The notes under the pieces: model-generated | Databases searched by the model: none | The model's input: only the letters and a program-made list of their open reading frames with translations | Told to the model about the DNA's origin: nothing | Part shown: positions 1-26,720 of the stretch, piece after piece | Numbering within the stretch: position 1 is the first letter of the stretch | Layout of the letters: every line of letters starts with the position of its first letter | Made by a program: the position numbers and the translations under genes | Assembly (NCBI GenBank): GCA_012295275.1 | Contig: CM022674.1 | Location: 15,004,001 to 15,068,000 of the forward strand | DNA: 64,000 bases | Direction of reading: 5' to 3' | Source: Chrysomallon squamiferum | Lineage: Eukaryota > Animalia > Mollusca

Positions 1-699
1 CAAAGCGTAAATAAAAAATGGGGTGTGAGATCTTTGAAAAGATGAGATTTGCAGCCTTAAGAAAATAATTATATAATAGTAGAAGTAGTAGTAGTAGAAC
101 TGCTGGCACAAGTAGTTTTATTAGTACTATTACTAAAACTACTACTATATACTAATTGGAATGTCGATGACGATGATGATTCATCGTGTTATTATGTGTG
201 TTTGTGTATTTTTAAATTTTTTCTCAGTCCAATTTAAATTCTTTTTGACATACTCAAAAGTCAACTTGCCCAGAAAGAAAGCGGATCTCCAGTAAAAAAA
301 TGCATAAGAAATATTTTTATTTGACTCTCTGGGCAAAACACAAAACAACTGAAATTATCAGTATCTGTGTTGGCATATGGGAAAAAAAAAAGAAAAGAAA
401 AAGAAAAAAAGAGAGAAACGCAGGAGAGATAGGTCTTAGAATAGGACGATGTTCTTTGTAATACATGTAACTGATTTCTGTCTGAACATTTCGACTTTAT
501 CCTGTAAATCTATGAGAGACACGATCCACCAATGTTGTGTTATATTGGACCGTTGAAAATAAGCAGGATAAATCTTATAACCTAAGACATTACTAACCAG
601 TACTTTTTTCTTTTGTTTCTTTTCTTTTTATTCTAAATAATAATAATAATAATAGTAATAATAAAAATAATAATATTATTATTAATAATAATGATGATG

Positions 700-791
<92 letters not shown>

Positions 792-1039
792 ATTAACGTT
801 TACTTATCAAATCACCGCTCTAGTCAGTAGTAGGTTCAGGCTTATTCATTCTGTTGTCGCCATTATTTTTCTCCTACCTACACTACCTCATTTTGTTATT
901 GGTTGTAAAACAAGAGATGTGAAGTACTTTGGTTGTTCTCTTTCTTTCTATTTCGTTGAGCTGTTAAGGCAGTGACATCACTCTAGCGACGTCATAACAA
1001 TTGCTTTATAATAATTATTATTATTATTATTATTATTAT

Positions 1040-1071
<32 letters not shown>

Positions 1072-1660
1072 TTGTTGTTCTTCTTCTTGTTGTTGCATGT
1101 ATGTGAGTCAGTATATGTGAGTGTAGTTATATTTAAAGAAAGAATACTTTCAAAGTAACAAAGAAAGAAATAACATAAAAAAAATGATAAAATAAACATA
1201 ATTTAATATCTAAAAATAAATAAACACAGCTTTCATTTACAATGTTCATTTTAACCGTGATGTCACAGAGATGTTTTATGTTATACGTTACTGGTGACAT
1301 TAGCGACTGATCTCGTACACCGTATTACGTTCACCTTTAAAATAATCATAATTACGTCATAATCACTGGATGTAAGTTAGGGGTTTCTGTCTCAGAACAT
1401 GAGAAAGATATTAATTATAGTGAAACGAAACATAAAACTGAGATATAATTATAAACTAAAACAGAACCTATCTTTGTCAGCATCATAATTATTCTTTACA
1501 CTAGAAATAACAGGAAAATCTTCGTCGGAAATGTACAGTATAAACAAAGTACAGTAAATAACATTAATATCTAATAATAACATAGTGAAAACATCTTTAC
1601 TCGATGTTTAATTATAATGTGTCTTTATAACTGACGTCATGATGGTTATACAGGTCAAAG
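1..1660. repeat. Segmental duplicate (A 3'UTR plus B upstream spacer), paralogous to ~40656-42290 and ~14125-15900
   Basis: Near-identical text such as ggtgtgagatctttgaaaagatg and tcaacttgcccagaa at 1-300, 14140-14560 and 40670-40950. Confidence 0.9.
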
Positions 1661-1664
1661 ACGT

Positions 1665-4996
<3,332 letters not shown>

Positions 4997-5199
4997 TTTA
5001 ATTCCGCCGTCTTTCTCTTTAAAATAACAAAAATATATTTTTACACATTTCCAACAACAACCACAATGTCAGAGATGTCGTACACTAAACAACATCGTAC
5101 TTTTCCTTATTAGACTAACTAAGGAAAAGAACTAACAATTATCACAATAGAAAATAAAATAAATTGCGCTTCATTTTTGTTAAGTCAGTTTTAACTACT

Positions 5200-5268
5200 G
5201 GGATACGCATGAATACACGTAAATAGTAAAAGAGCAATTCGTCTCGGGTAGAATAACCCGGGTATTCA
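5200..5268 (-). promoter_or_regulatory. Conserved A-class promoter block (also ~19701-19772, 27766-27830, 33495-33565, 45931-46001)
   Basis: ggg(t/a)tacgcatgaatacacgtaaat...cgggtagaataacccgggt lies ~200-270 nt upstream of every A ATG, including the otherwise divergent A5. Confidence 0.6.
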
Positions 5269-5361
5269 CAATGTAAAAATAGAACCAGCATAGACAGGTT
5301 CCTTATTATTATTAATAGTAGTAGTAGTAGTAATATTATTATTATTATTATTATTATTATA

Positions 5362-5411
<50 letters not shown>

Positions 5412-5550
5412 CTTATTTATATATTTTGTTTGATTTTATTTTATTTTTGTAATGCTATATCAGATTCAAACACTGTAAAAAGTACTTTCATTTTTGTAGT
5501 TGTTGTTGTGGTAAGTTTAACAAGGAAGCCTTCCTATCCTGAGTGCAAAT

Positions 5551-5590
<40 letters not shown>

Positions 5591-5639
5591 GTAATAATAA
5601 TAATAATTATAATGACAGTAATAGTAGTAGTAGTAGTAC

Positions 5640-5689
<50 letters not shown>

Positions 5690-7789
5690 ATGACCCATGG
5701 CTTGGTTAGCTGACCAAGAAAAACTCATTCATACGTGTTTCAGATAATCATTCTTCACAGCATCTATTTTAAAAATATAGCTGACACTTTGATATTAGAT
5801 AACTAAGCTGGCATATTACTAACAGCGTGTAAGTCTTTATATAGGTAATATAATATCCGAATAACCACAAAGCTTATCTTGTGATTATTACTCCTCTCTG
5901 GTAGCCGGCCATTATTATATTAACTTTTTTTTTTCTCAACAAAAATGATTAACCAGCGACTTAGTCTGACACATGTGACTCTTTTGTAAATCGTTGACTG
6001 ATGATGTTGAGCACGTTGCTGTGAAGATTTCTGGGAAATTACGTTTCGTGCATCATACTAATCGGGTTGATGCGATGTTTGATGATGAATACGTGGGTAT
6101 TTTCTTTGAGAAAAGTTTCAGGTTGTGTGATGAAAGGACTGTTTTTGTTCAAAATGAGGATCAGACAGATTTATTTATTCTGGAGAATCTTTTACAGAAG
6201 CGGCAAAAGTCGATGCCAGTTGTGATTTCAGCACGATTATTAAATCAACTAAACTTCAGACATAAATTGAATAAATGGAACTCGAAGCACACTGAACATC
6301 CGTTAACTCAAAAAAGAAAAAAGAAAATAAAAATAAATGGTGCAAGGTTTCCGTAGTTTCCTGAACAACAGTGCAAATAATAGCTCGCCACTTTTGGATC
6401 TGTTTTGAAAAAGCTTTTTCTCCATTTTATAATGCACAACAGCGTTATGCTGCATTTCTGTCATTTATTATCATTGATATAATTAGCTCTAATAGATAAA
6501 TGACAACTAACAACAGATTATAGTCTTATATGTATCTTTAAAAACAGCATGTTTCTGGTTAATAAGGCAACAGAAACAGCCATGAGAACTAATTTATCAA
6601 CTAACTCATCACGTGTTATCAACTACGGCTCCTAGTGAAGTGTGTTGATACACCTGACCAACTTCTGTTTCTAGTGCACAATGCCAAAAAGTATGACTGC
6701 TGAAAATCTGCCAACCCTAATCAATATGTCTAAATCCCTTAGCCTCCATTTACACTGTTCGTGACCACCTATTCGTACTGGATTGTGATCAACAACGAAT
6801 CAACTAACCTACATCTCCCCGACTCCTAAACCAGCTTGCTTTCTAGACACTTTCTCAGCATACTACTTTTAACAGTAGTGTGTATGTGTTTATATCACGT
6901 TTATATTTTAACTCTGGGATGTTCCAGATCGAATGGAAATTGGTGATGATTGGCTCAGAACACCGCTTGTTCAAAGATAAAGTTTGACAAATGGTTTGTT
7001 GACATTAAAAATGCCATCAGTACAATTGCTAATTTTCTCAAGTTGGGACAATTGCTCTTCATTGGAACAAGATGACACTTGTTTTTATCAGTGTGGAGAG
7101 TGACTTTTAGAAATGTCTTAGTCTAACACTCTTAGATGTGATATTTTGTTGTGACATTGGTCAAACATTACGATATCAACATATCTGTTTGTCTATTTAT
7201 ATGTGTGCGTGTATGTGTGTATATGTGTATATATGTATATGTATGTATGCAGAAACAGATAGAGAAAGATTACTTTTAAAGTAACAAAGAAAGAAAAAAC
7301 AAGTTAAAGAGAGATAAAACAAACATTATTTGATATCTAATAATAAATAAACACATCTTTCAGTTACAATATTTATTTTAACTGTGACGTCAGAGAAATG
7401 TTTTTTATTTTACGATGATGTTGACATTAGCGACTGGCCTTGTACATGGAATTACGTTCACCTCAGTAATAATCATAATTACGTAACAATCACTGGACGT
7501 TATTTATTGATTTCTGTGTCAGAAAATGAGAAAGATATTATTCATGGTCAAACGAAACATAAAACGGCGTTTCTTTCAGATATATAATTACAAACTAAAA
7601 CACAACCTGTATTTGTCAACATCATAATTAACCTTTACACTAGAAACTTCAGGAAAACCTTCGTAGTAAATGTACAGTATAAACAAAGTAGAGGAAATAA
7701 CATTAACCTGTAAAAACACCTTTACTAGATTTTTAATTATTGTGTGTGTTTATAACTGACGTCATGATGGTTATACAGGTCAAAGACGT

Positions 7790-13312
<5,523 letters not shown>

Positions 13313-13612
13313 GTCTACCTTTTCACCGTTGACGCACTGTTCACTGTCTGATATTTAGATATGTTATAAAGTTACACTTTCTTCCTGGTCTTCCAACATT
13401 CAGTATTACTTAATTTGTTGAAACACAAAAGACTAATCTTTTTAATATTAGTGTACCTACAATCTAGAAACATTTACATTTTATTAAGGAGTATATATAC
13501 ATGTATATCCTAGTATATGTATCTTTAACTGTTTTTTATGCTCTTCTGAAGTGCGTCCATAAAACGAGTTCTATTGAAAAAGAAAAATAACAACAACAAA
13601 TCCTGAATGAAA

Positions 13613-13620
13613 AACCGGTT
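13613..13620. promoter_or_regulatory. AACCGGTT palindrome (Grainyhead/CP2 consensus) upstream of all three B genes (also 40100-40107, 53270-53277)
   Basis: Exact 8-mer 300-390 nt upstream of each B ATG. Confidence 0.45.
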
Positions 13621-15335
13621 TTCCACTGTTTTCAGTGTTAAAAATAATCTGTGGGTTTTTTCTCTTATAATCGTGTTCTCATTTTCGCCTTTTCTGTGTC
13701 GTTTCAGAACATTTACAGGACAGTGTTGAGAGAAATGGTGGGTCAGAAGATATATTTCAAACTGTACGCGTATAAAATTATACAGATTCAGAAAGAAACA
13801 CAAACACCCACACACACATACATATGTAAAAAAAGACAGACATACATACATACAGATATTATTACGTACGTACAGACATATAAATACGCACACAAAATCA
13901 CAAGAGAAAAAGAGGAAGAAGAAAAAGATCATATAGTGTTGAAGGTAATAGTTCGTCCCACTTTCTATGATTGACATATTAATGTGTTATTACACACAAT
14001 CAGCTTTACACTGGCCACACAAATATACGAAGCCAGAGCACAATGAAATCAGCAGTCAAACATTGTGAATTTGTAGTTGTGAATATTCAGAAACAACTTC
14101 CTAGTTGAAGTAAACTACTTGTTCACAAAGGGCAAATAAAAACTGAGGTGTGAGATCTTTGAAAAGATGAAATTTGCAAGGTTAAGAAAATAATAATATA
14201 GTAATAAAAGTAGTAATAGTAATTGTAGTTGTAGTAGTACTGCTGGCACAAGTAGCTTTATTATTACTATTACTAAAACATCTACTATATACTAAAGGCA
14301 ATGGCGATGATGATTATGATGATGATGACGACGATAATGATGATAATGATAGAAAAGAAAAGTTAATATATTTGGTATTCCATGTTTGTGTCCTTCTGTT
14401 TGTCTAAACTTACATTTCAGCGTGTTATTGTTAACAATACTCTGTAAGCATGTATATTTATGTATTGTTAATATTTTTCTGTTAAGTTTTCTCGGTCAAA
14501 TTTAAGTTCATTTTGATATACTCAGATGTCAACTTGCCCAGAACGAGAGCGGATCTGCAGTAAAAAATGGATAAGAGACCTTTTTATTTGAAACTTTGGG
14601 CAAAACAAAGTATCTGTGTTGGCAGAGGGCAAATAAAAAATAAAAAATAAAAATAAAAACGCAGGACAGATAGATCTTAGAATAGGACGATGTTCTTTGT
14701 AATACATATATAACTGATTTCTGACTGAACATTTCGACTTTATCCTGGAAATCTATGAAAGACACGATCCACAAACGTTGTGTTATATTGGACCGTTCAA
14801 AATAAACAGGATAAATCTCATATCTAAAGACACTACTAACCAGTACTTTTTTCTTTTGTTTCATTTGTTTTTATTCTAAATAATAATAATAATAAATATA
14901 TAAATACATAAATAACTAAAATAAGTCACTTCTCAACTCACCGCTCTCGACCGTAGCAGATTGACTCTTATTGATTCTGTTGTCGCCATACATCTGTGAG
15001 TTAACACACACAAATTAATATTCTTCCAAAGCCGATTATTTGTCTCGTACCTACACTACCTCATTTTGTTATTGGTTGTAAAACAAGAGATAAGAAGTAC
15101 CTTGGTTATTCTTTTTCTTTCTATTTCGTTGCGCTGTTAAGACAGTGACGTCACTCTAGCGACGTCATAACAATTGTTTTATATTTGAAGTGTCAACCAA
15201 CGATAGGTAGCTCTAGGAGTAATTTAGAATAAATCACTTCTTCATATATATGTATATATACATAAGGAAAACCCTGTATCAGTACAAATACTATTCAGTC
15301 AGTATCTTTTGTACAATAATAATAATAACAATCAT

Positions 15336-15368
<33 letters not shown>

Positions 15369-15906
15369 CATTGATGTTTTTGTTGTTTATGTATCTATAT
15401 GTGTAAGTATATATGTGAGTGTAGTTATATTTACAGAAATAATACTTTTAAAGTAAAACGGAAAGAAATAACAACATAAACAAAGATAAAATAAACATAA
15501 TTTAATATCTAAAACGGTGATGTCACAGAAATGTTGTATGTTATACGTTACTGGTGACATTAGCGACTGATCTCGTACGCAGAATTACGTTCACCTTGGT
15601 AATAATCATAATTACGTCATAATCACTGGATGTAAGTTAGCGGTTTCTGTCTCAGAACATGAGAAACATATTAATCATAGTCAAACGAAACATAAAACTG
15701 AGATATAAATACCAGTTAAAACAGAACCTATCTTTTTCAGCATCATAATTATTCTTTACACTAGAACTAACAGGAAAATCTTCGAAGGAAATGTACAGTA
15801 TAAACAAAGTAGAGGAAATATCATTAACATCTAATAATAACATAGTGAAAACATCTTTAATCGATGTTTAATTATAATGTGTGTTTATAACTGACATCAA
15901 AGACGT

Positions 15907-19501
<3,595 letters not shown>

Positions 19502-19812
19502 TTTAATTCCGCCGTCTTTCTCTTTAAAATAACAAAAACATATCCTTACACATTTCCACCAGCAACAACAACGTCAGTGACGTCGTACACTAAACAACAT
19601 CGTATTTTTCATTATTAGACTAAGTAATGAAAATAACTAAGACATCATTACCATGAAAATAAAAAATGTAGTTTAATTTTTGTTAAGTCAGTTTTAACTA
19701 CCGGGTTACGAATGACTACACGTAAATAGTAAAAGAGCAATACATCTAGGGTAGAATAACCCGGTTATTCACAAAGTAAAAATATATCTAGTATAGACAT
19801 GTTCTTTATTAC

Positions 19813-19864
<52 letters not shown>

Positions 19865-20023
19865 GTTATTATTATTATTATTTTTGTATTATTTTATTTT
19901 ATTTTATTTTTCTACTGCTATATGAGATTTCACACACTGTAAAAAGTACTTTCATTTTTGTAGTTGTTGTTGTGGTAAGTTTAAGAAGGAAGTCTTCCTG
20001 TTCTTGGTTTAATAGAGCGTAAC

Positions 20024-20082
<59 letters not shown>

Positions 20083-20114
20083 GTAGTAGGAGTAGTAGTA
20101 GTAGTAATAGTAGC

Positions 20115-20158
<44 letters not shown>

Positions 20159-21291
20159 AAGTAATAGTAGTAATCACCCTTCGTTTAGTTAGCTGACCAA
20201 GAAATGTTCACTGATACGTGTTTCAACTAATCTCTGTTCACAGTATCTATTTTAAAAAGTAAAACATAGCTGACACCTTGGTATTAGATAACTAAGCTTA
20301 TTACTAACAACATGTAAGTCTTTATATAGCTAATATAACATCCGAGTAACCAAAAAACTTATCTTGTGATTACTACGGCATCATTATATTAACTTTATTT
20401 TCTCAACAAAAACGATTAAGCTTGGACTTATCAATTAGGATATCAATCTATAAATACTCATAAAATATTTGTAAACGCTATTAAGTCACGAAAGACACTG
20501 AACGAGGAAGTTAACTGTTTCGTTTCTATCGAGTACACAAACCTGTGGTGTATTAATAACAGTGTCTATAGATTTAAAATACAAACTGGTTAGGCAAGTG
20601 TGTTTGTTAAGATGTATGTCGTATTGACACAGAAAACACTGTTAAATCTGAATACCCACAACAGATAGTATCATATATTACATGAGTACATGACTGAGTG
20701 TACAAGTATCTGTATACATGTACATTTTATGACACTTTATTTACGGATCAAACAATTTCATGCAGTTAATCGGTGTACAGATGTTCTTTGGCTGCGCATG
20801 CATTTGTGTATGCGTACGGAATCATTTCTTTATGCATCTATATAAACTGTTCAGTCATCTTTTGAAACTTGTAGAACAAATATCATTCATATCGTTTGAG
20901 TCAAAGTAGGAGAAATCTTGCATTTCATTGTTTAATGCTGTAATGTAGTCCTTTAAATTTCCTTGTTATTCAGTTCTAAAATGTAATCCTTTACACTGGA
21001 ATAAAATTTAATCCTAAAGTAATCCTGTATTAAATAAATATATGAGTTACTGTGTATATTTCATTACACATTGGTCAGAGATAAAATGTATAACGTAGTA
21101 AATCTGTGTATTGCTCTCTATTTCTGTTTGATCATACAAATCTCAAACGCCGCTGACAAGACTCGAACACCTGAAATCTGATCTCACACACCCGTATGAT
21201 TAATCTGGGTGGTCAAATATTTATTTGAGAATTATTTATAGTATTATTATTATTATTATTATTATTGTTGTTGTTGTTGTTGTTGTTAGTA

Positions 21292-21339
<48 letters not shown>

Positions 21340-22561
21340 GTACAGTATGTGTATTTCTGATTGAAGATATAAAAAGTAAATAAATAATTAGATAATGAAT
21401 GCACATACGTACATACATAGATATGTATGTATGTATAGAAACATACACAGAACAGTAAATAAATACATACATACATAATACATAAACAGATATATACATA
21501 TACGTATATATATACTTACATACATACATCCATCCATACATAATACATATATACGTATATATCTATACATACATATATACAAAAATATGTATACACACAT
21601 ACATTCATGCTCCTGTATACGCACATACATGTATATATATATAACCGTACGCACACACAGATACCGACACGCACACAAAAGCAGACACCCATATTTACTT
21701 AGTTACTTGCGTTCGTGAATCAGACATACAGATACTTTAAAGGTTGTTAAGCAAAATAATAAAAACACGCATGATATGTGTCCCTTTAGTCATCTCCATT
21801 ATGTCGGAGATTAGGTCACGCGTTCGAGTCTTTTCAGCGACATTTAACATTTGTATGATCACAACAGAAACAAAGAAAAAAAAGAAAACGGTAAAAAAAG
21901 AGAAAAAAAAGAGTGTTGCTGCATTCAAAATTTTATTTCTAAAAGAGGCAACATACAATGTAGATGCTTAAACATATCTGTACATACTGATTATATTAAA
22001 CGCACACACACACATATATATATTAATCTATATTAATGCTTGTATATTATGAGTTTGTGTGTCTGTGTGTGTGTGTGTGTGCGTGCGTGTTGACATGTAT
22101 GTATTTTGGGTATATTATGTATAGAACACATATGTTATTTGGATAGTATAATGCACAAAGATTCGATGCCAATTTCTACAATATCCAATGTGCATAAGTG
22201 AAAGGCAGAATTAATGAGCTTGCAAAAGTCGGGTGATCGATTTTTATTATTATTAATAATATTATTAGTAATAGTAATAGTAGTAGTAGTGGTAGTATTT
22301 TAAGCGAATGATTATTTCTGTATTCTCAAAAGCACTTTATATTTATAGTTGTCTTAAAGCATGACAGTCATTCTTTTGTTGTTGTTGTTGTTGTTGTTTT
22401 ATAAACTTCAGTTTAAAGATATCCCTCCCAGAACATCAACTACAGAAATCTATTTTTTCCGATTTCTTTGGAATTTTTTGTTCATTATAAATCTCGAGAA
22501 CGTTGTTTTTTATTTTTGAGTTTGTTTAGTTCTTTATTCAGTGAAAACATCTTCAAAAACT

Positions 22562-23416
22562 TCATTTTTTATTTTTATTTGGTTTCTTTACTTCAGTGTA
22601 AATATCTCCAGTCATTTCTTCCGTGTCTTTCTGCTGAGAGTTGTCTGGTTTCTGAACGAGAGTGTGGACGTCACCAGAGGGCGCTGTCTTAGCAGGACGT
22701 TTGTTCTTCTTCTTACTTTTATCAACGACGGCGTAGAAATCGCTTGGCTCGTTGGCGACTTCATCTTTTGCAGCTACGTCTTTCCTTCCTTTCTTGTCTT
22801 TGTTCACTGCAGCGTACAAACCAGCATCATCTTCCTGTTGTGGACGTGTTTGTTTGCTAGAATAATCACTCGATTCTGCCGTTTCCTTTCTCTCAGCTTT
22901 TTCCTTTCTCACAGCTTTTTCCTTTATCTCAGCTTTTTTCTTTATCACAGCTTTTTCGTTTTCTTTTTCCGTTTGCTTCTTCTTCCGATCATTTCCTTGA
23001 ATTTTCACAGGAAGGTCGCCATTTTTTTCGTCAACTAAGGAGTACGTGTTTGATGGAGAAGTAAAAGTGTCTTCATCGTGTGTCGCACTGTACAGTTCGT
23101 TTTCAGTGTAGAGTACTATGGCGGTATCTGTAGCTGTCTGTCCGTGAGTGTCGTTGTCTGTATGAAGTTCTGTGTCTGGGTTGACGTTGCAGTATTCAGT
23201 GACATTCCTGTCGACGTTGCCTGTGTGTTTGTTTTTTTGTCGTCGTCTGAAATGGATTGCAAAACAAAATAAGAAAGAAAGAAAAGAAGGTTTGTCAATG
23301 TTTGGATTATTTTTGTGGTACTTTTAAAAACTGTAATAATTTAAATGAGCTGAACGTTATTAGCTTATTAATGATTGGTTGATGTTTAAAAAAAATAAGA
23401 AGAGATAATATACCTT

Positions 23417-23451
<35 letters not shown>

Positions 23452-24242
23452 CATTTTTATCATATGTCTGCTATTAATTTATTTATTAAGTGTTCTTCTT
23501 TTAAAAAAATACCAAATGATGTATCTGTTACCTTTTGAATACAACGATGAGAATCACGACGACCACCACCACAACAACCACGACACTACCAGTTGCCCCT
23601 CCAATAGCCGCAACTAAGTACAAAACAAAACAATATGTTTATTATAATCAGTTCTTATACTGCTACTACTGCTACTAGCACTAACAACAACAATAACAAC
23701 AACAACCAAATAATAATATCAGCATCAACAAGAATAACAATCACAACAATACCAATTCTTTTTTCAATTTCTTTTTAAAATATTACAAAGTAAAACGTCT
23801 AATTTCATTCTGTAAAACAACAAAAATAAAAAAAAATAAAAAAAATAAAAGAAAGAAAAACAGCAAACGATGTTTTTATATGTACCTTCTCAGAAACAGA
23901 ACATTCACACCTTGGTGTTTGATAAACGAGTGGTTGACCAATACATATGACAAACAGTAGACCAATAAGTATGCAAAGGACCTATCAATACACAAGTCAT
24001 CACTCTAACCACTGGACTACAGCCCGCACTAAGACAGAAACAAGTTTAAAAAATGAGACATAACAACCTGGCAGTGGTTTTTCATCTGATGTCTGCTTCA
24101 CAGTTTCTGTTTTCGTTGTTGTGTCTTGGCTAGTTGCTTCAGGTGATGATGATTTAGGATTTGTTGTTGATGTCGTTGATGACGTAGACGAATCTATGGT
24201 AGTTATCTTGTTTGGAGAATAACACTGAATTCTTGATAATTC
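22562..24242 (-). pseudogene. Receptor C 3' half: distinct stalk exon, TM and 228-codon Lys-rich tail with TEYCNV/TYSLV/LYAAV/FYAVV/IYTEV motifs; its own domain exon appears deleted
   Basis: Stalk exon 24242-24068 (RIQCYSPNKITT...KPLP; 175 nt, one base off phase); TM 23613-23532 VAAIGGATGSVVVVVVVVVVILIVVFKR; tail 23246-22562 fully open from RRRQKNKH to DIYTEVKKPNKNKK*. Confidence 0.7.
23890..24028 (-). mobile_element. Degenerate tRNA-derived SINE fragment in the C-type intron
   Basis: Minus strand gcgggctgtagtccagtggttagagtg is a tRNA-like 5' end with an A box. Confidence 0.4.
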
Positions 24243-25159
24243 CTGAATATATAAATCAAAACCGGTTATTAATTAAAATACTACAACAACTACAATGACT
24301 ACTATTATATTACTACTAATGCTACTACTAATACTACTACTACTACTACAACTACTACAAAATTACATAATTTTACTACTAATATTTCTACTACTACTAC
24401 AAATGCTGCTGCTATTACTTCTACACCTATTATTAATAGTACTACTACTAATGTTGTAGCTACTTCTATTACTACAACTACAACTGCTACTATTCTATTT
24501 TTAGTACAACTTACTAGTTTTCTATTTCTGTTATTGCAGCTACTATAATTATTAATACTATTACAGATATTACTAGTAATAGCACTGTTACTAGTACTTC
24601 TACTATTACCATTAGTTATATCACCAGCACCATTGCTACAGATATTACTGCTACTATTACTACTATTATTATTACTGCTACAGCTCTATTACTATTATAT
24701 TTCTACTATTACTACTAATACTAGTACAGCTTTTATTACTAGCATCACTATTATATTTACTATTCGTTGCTATTACTAAAAGAAAACAACTATTAGTACA
24801 ACTTACATAGCTAACACTGAATCTCCCTTAGCCCAACAAGAAATATTTCTACTGTTAGAAAAGAACAGCCACTACTTTTGTTACCACCATTGCTATCACT
24901 ATGCGACAACTCCTTATATCAGTTCTTCCTATATTACAACACCATCATCAACAACAGCACCACCACCAATCAGCATTTACTTTTGTTAGTACCTGTTTTT
25001 ATTATTATAATTATTACCTGAGAAAAAATAACAGTTTAAATAATTTGTTCACATATATAAATACATAAAAAACTAATCCTATACATTTGTTCATACTTTT
25101 ATTTAACCAGTATAACGACTCCATATCTGTAATAAAAACAAAAGAAAATGATTTACTAC

Positions 25160-25571
25160 CTGGAAAATATTATTTTTCAGGAAGTAGTTTTGGTATGTGT
25201 TGAATTGAAACTGAGGTGATTTTGTCAAATACATGTTTTGATGTTTCCTCAGCTGTTGTCGATGATGCTGTTGTTTGAGATATGGTAGCTTTGCTTGGTG
25301 AATAACACTGGATCCTTATAATACCTGCACAAAAAGAGAGGTAGTGTTGACAAGATAAAACGTGTTTGTATGTGTGTTTCTTTATTGCATGTGCGAATTT
25401 GTTTATATGTCTGGTTGTATTTACGTTCTGAGAGTTGATTTATATTATGAATCTGTTTCATAAATGTTCTGATGAAGAATTTAGATTTAATATGCGAACA
25501 TTTAAGATGAATTCCTTTTCTAATCTCCTCAACCTCCTCTTCTTCTTCTTCTTCTTCTTCTTCTTCTTCTT

Positions 25572-25637
<66 letters not shown>

Positions 25638-26644
25638 TTGTAAATGATTTGATAAGACAACAACAACAACTGAATCCCCCGAAAACAACAACAAACAGAC
25701 AAACAACAAAAATATATAAATAAAAAATAATAAAAAGTTGTAAAAATTTAAACATTAACAAAAACGGTAAAAAAGGTAAAACTAATAAAATAATAAGAGA
25801 AACACAATAACTGAAATTGAAGTTAAAATTCGATATTTCTAGGCTGGTGACATTCAATTCTTACATTGCACTACCCTTCGCCTACACTTACTACATCTGT
25901 TAAACTAGAAACAACTCACTTTTATTACTACTGTTGTTATTATAGTAGAACTACTGATTATATAAATTCTGTTTCTGTTTTTGCAACAGCAACATTAACA
26001 GTTATTACTACTTTTGTCATTACCTATTATTATTACCTGAGTTTCTTGTGTTATAGAATGCAACACAGTAATTGATATTGAAGCTTGAATTAGATGTTTT
26101 CAGACTGATATTAAATCCTGTACTGTCCACGTGTCTGACATATGCTGCTCTTGCCTCATTTGTTGTTTTGCAGGTAAAATTGAAAGGATTTTCATGATTA
26201 AACAATAATAATGAACCACAGTTTTTGTCAGGTATTATGTTCCAGTTAATTGTTATTACGTATGCTGGTGTTCTAGTAACAGAACAGATACAGTTTGTTG
26301 TTATGTTGGCTGGTACAAAGGCATCAAGATAAACTCGTTGAGATCCGTTGATGACTTCATCATTACACGTCTATTACTGAAAAAACAACAACAAATAACA
26401 GTTAAAATAATTTGTCTATTACATAAACACGTAAAAAATCGTACACATCAAAAACAAAAACAAACAAGTCTTCAAAATATTACCATTATAACCACTACCA
26501 CTTCCATCACTACACCCACCACACAGTAAGAACTGCAACCACCACTACTAATACTATTACCAGTACTATCACTATTACCACCACCCGATATTACCATAAA
26601 ACAACAACTACTACTATCATTACTATTACTATTACTATTACTAT

Positions 26645-26720
<76 letters not shown>

